The notes beneath the pieces were generated by a model that was given only the letters and a program-made list of their open reading frames with translations, did not search any database and had not been told where the DNA came from. 64,000 bases of DNA, from contig CAZHLM010000001.1 in the NCBI GenBank assembly GCA_964533295.1, forward strand, positions 1,958 through 65,957. Direction: 5' to 3'. Position numbers and translations under genes: made by a program. The DNA is from an uncultured Verrucomicrobiota bacterium (GTDB lineage Bacteria > Verrucomicrobiota > Verrucomicrobiia > Palsa-1439). Of the stretch, positions 48,301 to 58,693 are shown piece after piece (positions within the stretch are counted from its first letter, which is position 1; every line of letters begins with the position of its first letter).

Positions 48301-48731
48301 CAGGCATCACGGTGCATTTTGTGCATGTGAATACCGGTCATCCAGTACGCTTCTATGATCCTAACCCTCAAGGCGACGGGAGCTTGCCAAGGGGAATCTA
48401 TGTAGTAACCAATCCGCATCGGCAATTCTACATCTCAACCACAGGTTACAACCTGAAACAGAAAGCCATGGGCACGCCTGTCACGTTGGAGGTAAATGTT
48501 CATAGCGTGGCGAACAATCAACTCATTCACTCTGATTTGGCTTGTGTTGCACAACACATCCTTAGCTTGACCAAGCTTAACTGGGCGTCGACACGGCCCT
48601 TCTCGCGCGAACCTATTACACTCAAGTATGCAGGGAATATTGCCTATCTAATGAATGCCTTTCTTGCTGAGGGTGGAGAGCAGGTATTTCGGCTTAATCC
48701 CCTCTTGGAGAAAACGCCCTGGTTTTTGTAG
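45369..48731 (+). CDS. Fusion protein: Schlafen/AlbA_2 DNA/RNA-binding domain + HATPase_c_4 + linker + Argonaute-like MID + catalytically inactive PIWI (short-pAgo-like module)
   Basis: GTG start 6 nt after the hsdS stop (alternative ATG at 45393). AlbA_2 core SFAITNPDGGLFVLGIDNDGAVRGL. HATPase_c_4 VDEALVNAIVHRSYAILNQPILIKKYADQLVVDSPGRF. MID pocket YYRVKR..GFPSQMV..NLALNIVAKCG (compare eukaryotic Ago Y-x3-K...TQCV...NLxLKINxKLGG). PIWI start DCFIGLSFSR replacing GxDVxH (no catalytic Asp). C-terminal EPITLKYAGNIAYLMNAF resembles the PIWI PxPxYYA motif. GC ~52%. Confidence 0.6.
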   Translation: MTTPTPREMFEAPDLTFFQSAKFERQRFERKEAPTMEQARLDKPANPAGAFKHKLQALREDLQRVLCSFAITNPDGGLFVLGIDNDGAVRGLNHLKDNELALLVNAHEWLEHVSVQARQHECLDAQGQPNFIYLFYVPGTRFACSPMGQVWWRNGEHTRELTSDEIWQLKADRQIVEFEVQLFGVYSPDELDKEVSQRFHAAIIEQKRLPIDTSMESVLAGEGVIVHQSGQYYWTRAGYLFLSLNPRRRIPGAYVRALKFEERRATADQRFNPSYDQDFDGPLPRQIDKLRAFFKQGAYFRTFTYRAQGALVDELELPSEAVDEALVNAIVHRSYAILNQPILIKKYADQLVVDSPGRFVQNLGKLEFGVSEVPAGRSEPRNPILMGWFRLLTDDRGEKYVKQFREGTRTIARSMQLAGKPEPIYRTNGQVSLTLENSLTELETRTAAAEIPSQERFTNLFPIALLRQGFPFSPARGDLFDLSRRITTALRDALQNLGWFIDSDYRGELVAHRRQSEFDLPAIAKYMRLYPAYRFDVRDYGGTLFLCIDYAVRERNVRTLAEVLRDLPREELLNRRATYRQNQSWQTGLCFIRSIDDEYSDLELSESRQTITVANTDVLPDLSVEKLVRILRKHDVRFDLHREIKQRALALMVGAARERAEKSLQTAANLANQMFPLSWNGIRALLNPSPARLEAPVFDVRENLEEPEVEFAQRRQTDDIVDGLTRYGAFRPVRDTINLVLVCTSRVSQRMESLVGQLQRGSRKYRGASQTFAAQFEIGPRVVVPRPEDYLGACRSVIGQLDRGKHWLFLVYAPENLYSRAEYQAPYYRVKRFLLEEGFPSQMVDDPTLQDPNWKDLNLALNIVAKCGFEPWVLTKPLAEADCFIGLSFSRIPTKKGVKRFFGYANVFNNLGQWKFYKGSSQASTLDNREADTAGLVRQTLEEFQRTVSVQHLHIHWSEKFSRQMRQVVAQAAQEVQPGITVHFVHVNTGHPVRFYDPNPQGDGSLPRGIYVVTNPHRQFYISTTGYNLKQKAMGTPVTLEVNVHSVANNQLIHSDLACVAQHILSLTKLNWASTRPFSREPITLKYAGNIAYLMNAFLAEGGEQVFRLNPLLEKTPWFL

Positions 48732-48734
48732 ATT

Positions 48735-48929
48735 ATGTCCGAGCATCGGGAAGCCCAGGACCCTCTCATCCCCATTGTCGTCGAGGCAAGCTGCGCTTAT
48801 CTCTCAACTGACAACGCCTTGCCCATGCACTGCGGCAGGAGTGGAAAGGCTGTTCCGAGTGATGTGGCGCAGTTGATGACAGGGCGGGTGAAGGTGACAG
48901 GGCTGTTGGATACCTCGTTGCAAAGATAG
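48735..48929 (+). pseudogene. hsdR 5' remnant (64-aa N-terminal fragment of a type I restriction subunit)
   Basis: MSEHREAQDPLIPIVVEASCAYLSTDNALPMHCGRSG aligns with the intact hsdR N-terminus MSERREVQDPLIRYAVEVGWTYLSADDALILRGG at 51047. Low-GC codons. Starts 4 nt after the pAgo-like stop. Confidence 0.6.
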
Positions 48930-49014
48930 AAATAGTGTAGAAACTAAGTTTATGATGGAATTACTACATCTATGATATAATCATGCCTGTCGGTTATGTT
49001 ACGCAAGCCCTCCG
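48930..49014 (+). promoter_or_regulatory. AT-rich promoter region for abiEi with a -10-like TATAAT
   Basis: ctatgatataatcatg contains tataat. Repeated atgat motifs. Sharp GC drop just upstream of the abiEi start. Confidence 0.3.
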
Positions 49015-49848
49015 ATGAATACGACAAGCGCTCTGGCAGGCATTTCTGAGACCAACCGCCGCCACCTCTCCCAGTTGCACCGCCATACCCAGGGGTTGGT
49101 GGACGTGGAGGAATCGGCGCGGGTGCTGGGCCTGGACCGGACTGAGGCCGCGAAACTGCTGGCGCAGTTGGCGGCCCAGGGGTGGGTCCGCCGTCTGCGG
49201 CGCGGTCTCTATCTTCTCATCCCGCTCGAGGCCACCTCCCCTGAAGACTGGAGCGAGGACGCCTGGATCGTGGCCGAGCGCGTCTTTCGGCCGTGCTACA
49301 TCGCCGGGTGGAGCGCCTGTGAGCACTGGGGCTTTACCGAGCAGATCTTTCGCGATGTGGCAGTCTTCACGGCTGCGTCCATCCGTGAGCGCCGTCTGAC
49401 CATTGACCCGGCCGTTTTTGTACTGCGCAAGGTTTCTAAGCGGCTATTGTTCGGCACGCGGACCGTCTGGCGCAAGGCGACGCGAGTTCCGGTCTCCGAC
49501 CCCACACGCACGGTCGCCGATATCCTCGAGGCTCCAAAATGGGGGGGCGGCATCCGCCACGTAGCCCAGATCGTGGAAGCTTACCTGGCCTCCGACCATC
49601 GCGACGAGATGCTCTTGCTCGACTACATCGAGCGCATCGGTAACACTGCGGCGGCCAAGCGCCTGGGCTACCTCCTGGAGGCGCGCGGGCTGAGCGCCCC
49701 TATATTGATTGAACGATTGCCAACGTCGGTCACGACGGGCTACGCCCTACTCGATCCGACTGTCCCTGCCCGTGGGCCGCTGGTGGCCAGGTGGAAGGTA
49801 CGGGTAAACGTCGATGTAGCCGTGCGAGCGAGGGATATGGGCGAATGA
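49015..49848 (+). CDS. abiEi: AbiEi-family type IV antitoxin/transcriptional regulator (wHTH)
   Basis: N-terminal wHTH (VDVEESARVLGLDRTEAAKLLAQLAAQGWVRRLRRGLYLL), an AbiEi_4-like domain. Positioned immediately upstream of, and overlapping, the AbiEii gene. Confidence 0.65.
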   Translation: MNTTSALAGISETNRRHLSQLHRHTQGLVDVEESARVLGLDRTEAAKLLAQLAAQGWVRRLRRGLYLLIPLEATSPEDWSEDAWIVAERVFRPCYIAGWSACEHWGFTEQIFRDVAVFTAASIRERRLTIDPAVFVLRKVSKRLLFGTRTVWRKATRVPVSDPTRTVADILEAPKWGGGIRHVAQIVEAYLASDHRDEMLLLDYIERIGNTAAAKRLGYLLEARGLSAPILIERLPTSVTTGYALLDPTVPARGPLVARWKVRVNVDVAVRARDMGE

Positions 49849-51038
49849 TCCCGCGCATCGAGATCAACGAAGCCGTGCGCGCCTGGGGCCTGCGGCACGA
49901 CGTCGTCGAGAAGGACTATGTGCTCGGCTGGCTGTTGATGGGCATTGGTGCCGACCCGCGGCTGCAGACGCAGTGGATTTTCAAAGGCGGCACGTGCATC
50001 AAGAAGTGCTATATCGAGACCTATCGCTTCTCCGAGGATCTGGATTTCACCCTGACCGCGACGGCCAGCCGTGATCCGGCGGAGATCGCGCAGATGGTCA
50101 GGGCCGTCTGCGCGCGAGTGAGCGAGGCCAGCGGGATCGAGTTCCCGCCTGAGCTGACCGAGTTCCGGGCCACCCCCAATCCTCGCGGCGGCGTCACCCT
50201 GCGCGGCAAGGTGGGCTATCGCGGGCCGCTTCAGCCGCCGACCCTGCCCAAGCTTCAATTTGACCTGACCACGGACGAGATCATCATCCGGCCCCCGGTG
50301 CTCCGCCCCGTCTACCACTCCTACTCGGATCGGCCCGCCCAGCCAGCCCGCATCCACTGTTACCCGATTGAGGAGGTATTGGCCGAGAAGACCCGGGCGA
50401 TGGGAGAACGCGGCCGGCCGCGCGATCTCTACGACATCATCCGGCTCTCGCGCGGCGGACGCCGGGTCTTGCAGTTGGACGCGGCGGGCGTGCGCGAGAT
50501 CCTGGAGCGGAAGTGCGCGCATCGGGGACTGCCCATACCGACGTTGGCGGCGCTGGAGGCCTCGCCCAACTGGGTGGAACTGGAGTCGGAGTGGGCGAAC
50601 ATGCTGGGCCACCAGCTGCCAGCCCTGCCCCCGCTCGAAACCTTCCTGGCTGACCTGGCCACCTTCTTCGATTGGCTGAACGGCGCGCCCGTGGTGGACC
50701 TGCCGGCTATCACCGAAGAGGAGGCCAGCGATCCCGCCTGGCAGCCGCCGGCGGCAGTCGCTTTACCTTCGGAATGGGGCGTGGCCGCGCCCCTGGAGGG
50801 GATCCGGTTTGCCGGTGCCAATCGCCTGCTCCTGGAATTGAACTATCGGCCACAAAAAGGCCAACCAGGCGTGCGGCTCGTGGAGCCGTACTCGTTCCGG
50901 TACAGCCGCAAAGGGTACCTGCTGTTCTACGGCCGCAACGTGGAGCGTCCGCGCATCAGCGCCTACCGGGCCGACCGCATCCTGGGCGCAAAGGTGACGA
51001 CCCAGCCGTTCACGCCTATCTGGCGGGTGGAGTTTTAG
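49845..51038 (+). CDS. abiEii: AbiEii/AbiGii-family nucleotidyltransferase toxin (DUF1814)
   Basis: EKDYVLGWLL...IFKGGTCIKKCY...RFSEDLDF, the hallmark motifs of AbiEii nucleotidyltransferases. Confidence 0.75.
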   Translation: MIPRIEINEAVRAWGLRHDVVEKDYVLGWLLMGIGADPRLQTQWIFKGGTCIKKCYIETYRFSEDLDFTLTATASRDPAEIAQMVRAVCARVSEASGIEFPPELTEFRATPNPRGGVTLRGKVGYRGPLQPPTLPKLQFDLTTDEIIIRPPVLRPVYHSYSDRPAQPARIHCYPIEEVLAEKTRAMGERGRPRDLYDIIRLSRGGRRVLQLDAAGVREILERKCAHRGLPIPTLAALEASPNWVELESEWANMLGHQLPALPPLETFLADLATFFDWLNGAPVVDLPAITEEEASDPAWQPPAAVALPSEWGVAAPLEGIRFAGANRLLLELNYRPQKGQPGVRLVEPYSFRYSRKGYLLFYGRNVERPRISAYRADRILGAKVTTQPFTPIWRVEF

Positions 51039-51046
51039 GGGGCCTC

Positions 51047-53967
<2,921 letters not shown>

Positions 53968-53971
<4 letters not shown>

Positions 53972-54363
53972 CCATCGAGAAAGATACTATCAAGAAGGCG
54001 CGCTCAATGCGACGTCAGGCCTGGTCTGAAGCTGCCTTCCGGTCTCGTGTGACAGAATGGGCAATCAAGATCGGCGTGGAGCCAACGGAGGTTCACCTGC
54101 GGTCGATGCGGCGCAAGTGGGCATCGTGCTCGTCGCGCGGCCGGCTGACGTTCGATACCAGCCTGCTCCGCCAGCCGCGCGACTTCGCGGACTACGTCAT
54201 CGTCCATGAGTTGCTGCACTTGCGCGTTCCCAACCACGGCAAGCTCTTTAAGAGCCTGTTGTCCGCGCTTCTGCCTGGCCGGGAGCGGCATGGAAATTCC
54301 AGTAACGCGACTCCATCACGGTCCGGGAAGACGCGGACCCAGACACAACAACCTGACAGGTGA
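53968..54363 (+). CDS. YgjP-like / DUF45 (M48-type HExxH) metal-dependent hydrolase
   Basis: ATGA-coupled to hsdR. YVIVHELLHLRVPNHG carries the HExxH zinc motif typical of the YgjP/WLM family commonly linked to type I hsd loci. Confidence 0.6.
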
Positions 54364-54366
54364 TGC

Positions 54367-54723
54367 ATGGAGCCCAAAGCCATCATCCATAACCATCTTG
54401 CCCACATTCAATTCAACTGCCGGAGTTGCCAGAGGGAGTTATTGGCTGCCTTCCATGATATCGGCGGTCGGTTCACATGTCCCGGCTGCCGTCAAGAGCA
54501 CTCGATCCCCACGCTTCCCTGCCACTACAGTGCGGGATGCGACGGAGTCTATGCCCGTTGCGAGGGCAAACTCATCACTTCCCAGGTTGGGGGAAGTGTG
54601 GTGGAAAGCCCCGATTGGGAAACCCGGTGCGAGCGGTGTGGTGATGTATTGTATTACCGGGAAAAAGCGGCGCGCTGTTCCCGTGTGGTCTGCAATCGCT
54701 GTTTACGGCCCTATCCCGGCTAG
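54367..54723 (+). CDS. Cys-rich zinc-ribbon protein (multiple CxxC pairs), hypothetical
   Basis: CRSC, CPGC, CERC and CNRC pairs. Starts 4 nt after the YgjP-like stop. Confidence 0.4.
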   Translation: MEPKAIIHNHLAHIQFNCRSCQRELLAAFHDIGGRFTCPGCRQEHSIPTLPCHYSAGCDGVYARCEGKLITSQVGGSVVESPDWETRCERCGDVLYYREKAARCSRVVCNRCLRPYPG

Positions 54724-54779
54724 GCGTCTGCCAGTGACCAAATCCAAAAGTCTCTAGCCCACGAAGGCGAGGGGATCAC

Positions 54780-55928
54780 ATGAAACGTGCCCGAACTCAC
54801 TCTGTGACCTGGCTTCTCTCCACCTTGCTGGTAGCGACAGGATGCAGTCAGCCCTCCACGCCGCCCCCACCCACTCTTGACGGCCGGTTGATCGTCCTTG
54901 CGGATTACAACTTGTATGTCTTGTCCGATCAGTCCACGCCGGAGACTCCCGTCGACAAGCTACACCTGGCTGGCCCGTATGTCTACCGGCCCGTCGTCTC
55001 ACGGGACGGCCGCTACTTGGTCTACGAGCTGGGGGTGGACCAGGGCCAGGGCGGCGGTGGCGAGGTCCGGCTGCACGATCTGGAGACGGGCGAAACCCGG
55101 ACGCTGCTGTCCGTCACTTCCATCCCGGAATGTCTGAGCTGGGGCTGGACCAGCGACAAACTTGGCATCGTCAATGGGCCGGAGTTTTCGGTGATCGACC
55201 CGTTGAGCGGCTCCGCGCAACTGGTCTACACGGCGCCCTCGGCCGGCTACACCGCCGATCCTCTTGTGGCCCAGGCCGGCCAGGGCTCCGCCATCCACGG
55301 GAAGGTGACATGCGGCCATTGGGTAGGGCCAGACCAGATCCTCTTTACGCGTTTCGCCGGCCCCCTGCCGGGCCGGGTGACCAGCTCGGATGACCCCAAA
55401 TTGGCGCCGAACCGGCTGACCCTGGCGGCCCTGGGCGATCCAGTGACGCTGGAGGATTATCCGGGGGGTTTTAGCCTTCTCGACGTGTCCTCCGACGGCG
55501 CCTATTTCCTGGTCTCGCCACTGCCGGACCTCAAAGCCTATGTGATCCGGGCTTTCCCACCACAGGGTGAAGCGCTGGCCCTGGACGCGATCCAGGGGCG
55601 GGAACTGGCCGTTCCGCCCGGCGCTCTGATTTTCCAGCTGCGCTTTGCTCCGGGCAGCAATGAGGTCTATTACGTGGGTGAAGGCGGCGTACACTTCATC
55701 AACCCGGAGACGCTGGAGGAACGCGTTGGCCCGGAGATGGATATTGACTTCCGAGGCGATTGGACGTGGATCGGCGATCCGGCCCGCAACCTGGTGGCGG
55801 CCTCCAGGCCTGTTACTGATAGGTCATACCAGATCGACCTGATGGATTTGAACACGGGCGGCCGGCGGGTGCTGGCCGAGCTGCCGGCCAGCGGAGCGCA
55901 GTTCGTCGCTTGGGTGCCCTCTCCATAA
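54780..55928 (+). CDS. Lipoprotein with TolB-like beta-propeller
   Basis: Lipobox LLVATGCS. Repeated YxxSxDGxYL/F blades (SRDGRYLVYEL, SSDGAYFLVS). Confidence 0.5.
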   Translation: MKRARTHSVTWLLSTLLVATGCSQPSTPPPPTLDGRLIVLADYNLYVLSDQSTPETPVDKLHLAGPYVYRPVVSRDGRYLVYELGVDQGQGGGGEVRLHDLETGETRTLLSVTSIPECLSWGWTSDKLGIVNGPEFSVIDPLSGSAQLVYTAPSAGYTADPLVAQAGQGSAIHGKVTCGHWVGPDQILFTRFAGPLPGRVTSSDDPKLAPNRLTLAALGDPVTLEDYPGGFSLLDVSSDGAYFLVSPLPDLKAYVIRAFPPQGEALALDAIQGRELAVPPGALIFQLRFAPGSNEVYYVGEGGVHFINPETLEERVGPEMDIDFRGDWTWIGDPARNLVAASRPVTDRSYQIDLMDLNTGGRRVLAELPASGAQFVAWVPSP

Positions 55929-56020
55929 GGATCTCTCCTTGCATTGGACACCAGGAAACTGCGGGCTGATACCCTGGCCGAGAAACGCTTTCTTCTGGAA
56001 GTCTTCCCAGAACAGAGACC

Positions 56021-56058
56021 TACAAAAAAGGGCGCCCTGGAGGACGCCCTTTCTTTCA
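56021..56058. terminator. Bidirectional rho-independent terminator between convergent genes
   Basis: aaaaaagggcgccctggaggacgccctttctttc: G+C stem flanked by an A-run and a T-run. Confidence 0.5.
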
Positions 56059-58560
56059 AAACAGACTAAGTTGCGCAGTCGACTGGACCTCAACTCTGCG
56101 CCTGCGTCTCGATACCGTTGTCACCGTTCCTTTCCAGGTCTCCAGCATCGGGCTGATCGCCGTCGGCGAGCCATAGGGCGCCTCGGTCACCAGCATGTCA
56201 TTGCCGGAAGAGAAGACGCCTTCAGACCGCCCGACCGTCAACTCGCCCATTGCCTTGCGAACCAGATCATTGAGTAAGTTGCCTTCGTCCCCTTCATCCA
56301 CCAGCGCACCGCCGACCTCGTCCCCATAAAACACCTGGGCCGCCAGCATCTTCGCGCCGATCAGGTCGAGGGCCGCTTCCTCCAGCGTGCTCTCATACAC
56401 CGGGAAGTACAGGCGCACCGGCTTCGGCGCACCCGGCCGGTACAGCCGCCTCATCGCCTGCCAGACCACGGCCAGCGACCACTCCATCTCGAAGAAGATG
56501 GCGGTCGAGAACATGGTCAGGTTCAGGCCGACCTGGACCAGCCGGGCATTGGTCAGCAGCACGTCGAACTCGTGGACGTGCTGCTTGATCCAACTGGCGC
56601 GCCTGGCCGGGGCCAGGCTGGGCTTGAGCACCCCAACCCGTAGCCCATGCGCACGCAGGCACTCCTGCAGGCGTGGCTGGATGTCGCGCTCCCCGGTCTG
56701 GCGCACGTACACGAGCGTCTTCCGGCCTTGATGGTACTCCGCCAGGGCGGTGTTCGTTGTCCACTCTTCCTTAGGCAACCACATGGGCGTGGTTGCCTCG
56801 CTACCGAGCACGGCCCCGAACTGCCGGACCAGCTCTCGGCGGCGGACCGCCCACTTGCCCCTGCCGGAGAGGCGCCGGTTGAAGAAGACCTGTTCCGGCC
56901 GGAACATGGCGTCGGGCCGGTTCAGTGCGGCGTTGAGCCACACGCTGATCGCGCCCTTGCCGGTCTCCTCCTCCATCGTGTCCAGCGCCCAGCGGAACAG
57001 GCCCTCGGGGGGCCGGGTCTGGCTGCCGTCCGCGTCTTCATACTGCGCCCGCATCTCGGGCGTCATCGGGATGCGGACCACCTCTTCCGAGTAGGCCGGA
57101 AGCGGCAGGCCCACGTCCTTCAGGGACGAGAAGGTGCAGTATTTCAGGCCGAGGCCGGCGATGGCCGGGCTGATGCCGGGCTTCTCGCTCACCGTCTCGA
57201 AGAACTTGGTGCCCGTGAAGGCGCCGTCGTCGGGCACGGCGGCATCCGCATCCACGAAGAACGTGCGCTTGAGCAGGCCATACTTCTCCACCCAGCGCTG
57301 CTCGTCGTTGAACGCGAACTGCTGCCGGACCTCCGGCACCAGCCGGTACAGCAGCCAGAAGATCGACGTGCTGTACCCGGCGAACAGCGTGCCGGTCAGT
57401 CCCAGCACATACCGGGCCGCCCGGGTTAGGTTCATCAGCGAGAAGCCCACCCCCGTGCCTTTAGATTTAGCCTGATGGATCTCGTCCACGAGGCACAGGC
57501 CGAAGACGCCGCGGGCCTTCTTCTTGGCATACTCGGCAGCCGGGACACGGCGCAGGGCGCTGTTCTCGAACAGCGGCGCCCCGCACACGAGCCGCCGGCC
57601 ATCACTGTCCTTGTCCATCTCTTTGTGTCTCCCCGTCTCCGGATCCCAGAACCGGCGCGTGATCGGCGCCTGGCAGAACCGGCGCTTGGTGCCGATGAAC
57701 TGCTCGGCCTGCGCCGGCGTGACCGGCTCGCGCGGATGGCCGTCATCGTCGTACTTCTCGGCCACGATCCCGCCGCAGTGCGGGCACGCGCAGTAGGTGA
57801 CCAGGCGGGATTGGACTTGCTCCGTCTCATCTCGCACGTAGACCCGGATCGTCCGCCTGGTCATCGCCGGCACGCGTCCGGAGCCCAGCTTGGCCGTCTC
57901 GTAGGAGAGGATGGCGAAGCTCTTCTCCGGCAGCGCCCCGGCCCGGTGGTCGGCGATGAACTGCGCCAGGCTGTACTTGCCGCTCAGGTCGTCCTCAGAG
58001 TTCTGGTCGCGGCTCACGCCCAGGCCCAGCCAGGCGTATCCACCGATCCGGCTGTCCAGCAGGTTGGGCTGCCGGGCACCGCGCCGGCGGGGGGGTGGAC
58101 TTTTCTCGCCACGCTTCAAGGACGCCCTGAGCGCCGTGATGACGGCCTCTCCGAGCGGGACCTTCTGGCGCCTGGCCTGGTGATTGACCGCTGCCAGGCA
58201 GTCCTCCGCGCCATGGCCTTCGAGCTGGCCCTCATCCAGGGTCAGGCCCAGCGTATCTCGCAGATAGGCCCCGATCCGGGCCGGCTTCGCGAGCGCCTTC
58301 ACGCTCACGTCCACGACCCGGCCGAGGGCGCCAGGCGTGACCTCCGGGATCTCCTTGGGCCAGTTCTCCTTGCCAGTGACGACGCCCGGCCCGACGACGA
58401 GCGCCGGATAGGGTGTCTGCCGCCTGTCCTTGCGCGCGTCCGCGGCGGCGATGTACTCGGCGATGGAAATGCCAACGGTGGTCTTACCAGCACGATCTCT
58501 TTCGTTTCCGAAAGCGCAGACTATGACTTCATCCGGAGCTGGTAATTGGTGAATTGGCAA
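56056..58560 (-). CDS. SNF2-family helicase with N-terminal P-loop segment
   Basis: TTG start. DEAH-type LVDEIHQAK, motif III LTGTLFAG, N-terminal GNERDRAGKTT. SNF2-like C-terminal helicase domain. Confidence 0.7.
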   Translation of the reverse strand: MPIHQLPAPDEVIVCAFGNERDRAGKTTVGISIAEYIAAADARKDRRQTPYPALVVGPGVVTGKENWPKEIPEVTPGALGRVVDVSVKALAKPARIGAYLRDTLGLTLDEGQLEGHGAEDCLAAVNHQARRQKVPLGEAVITALRASLKRGEKSPPPRRRGARQPNLLDSRIGGYAWLGLGVSRDQNSEDDLSGKYSLAQFIADHRAGALPEKSFAILSYETAKLGSGRVPAMTRRTIRVYVRDETEQVQSRLVTYCACPHCGGIVAEKYDDDGHPREPVTPAQAEQFIGTKRRFCQAPITRRFWDPETGRHKEMDKDSDGRRLVCGAPLFENSALRRVPAAEYAKKKARGVFGLCLVDEIHQAKSKGTGVGFSLMNLTRAARYVLGLTGTLFAGYSTSIFWLLYRLVPEVRQQFAFNDEQRWVEKYGLLKRTFFVDADAAVPDDGAFTGTKFFETVSEKPGISPAIAGLGLKYCTFSSLKDVGLPLPAYSEEVVRIPMTPEMRAQYEDADGSQTRPPEGLFRWALDTMEEETGKGAISVWLNAALNRPDAMFRPEQVFFNRRLSGRGKWAVRRRELVRQFGAVLGSEATTPMWLPKEEWTTNTALAEYHQGRKTLVYVRQTGERDIQPRLQECLRAHGLRVGVLKPSLAPARRASWIKQHVHEFDVLLTNARLVQVGLNLTMFSTAIFFEMEWSLAVVWQAMRRLYRPGAPKPVRLYFPVYESTLEEAALDLIGAKMLAAQVFYGDEVGGALVDEGDEGNLLNDLVRKAMGELTVGRSEGVFSSGNDMLVTEAPYGSPTAISPMLETWKGTVTTVSRRRRRVEVQSTAQLSLF

Positions 58561-58693
58561 TTGGGTGTGGTCATTTCATCCCAGCACCAATTACCAATCC
58601 CCACTTACCGACCCCGGAGTTCGGCGTCTGACGGTGACCGTGGATTTCGCCGGAGCGAGGGGTCACCGTCTCAGGCTCAAGGGCCTTCAGTCG

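Noticed and set aside
45369-48731. Catalytically active (slicer) Argonaute
   Set aside because: The first PIWI catalytic position reads GLSFSR rather than GxDVxH, and no RDG/DEDX tetrad is recognisable. It is interpreted as an inactive, short-pAgo-like sensor.
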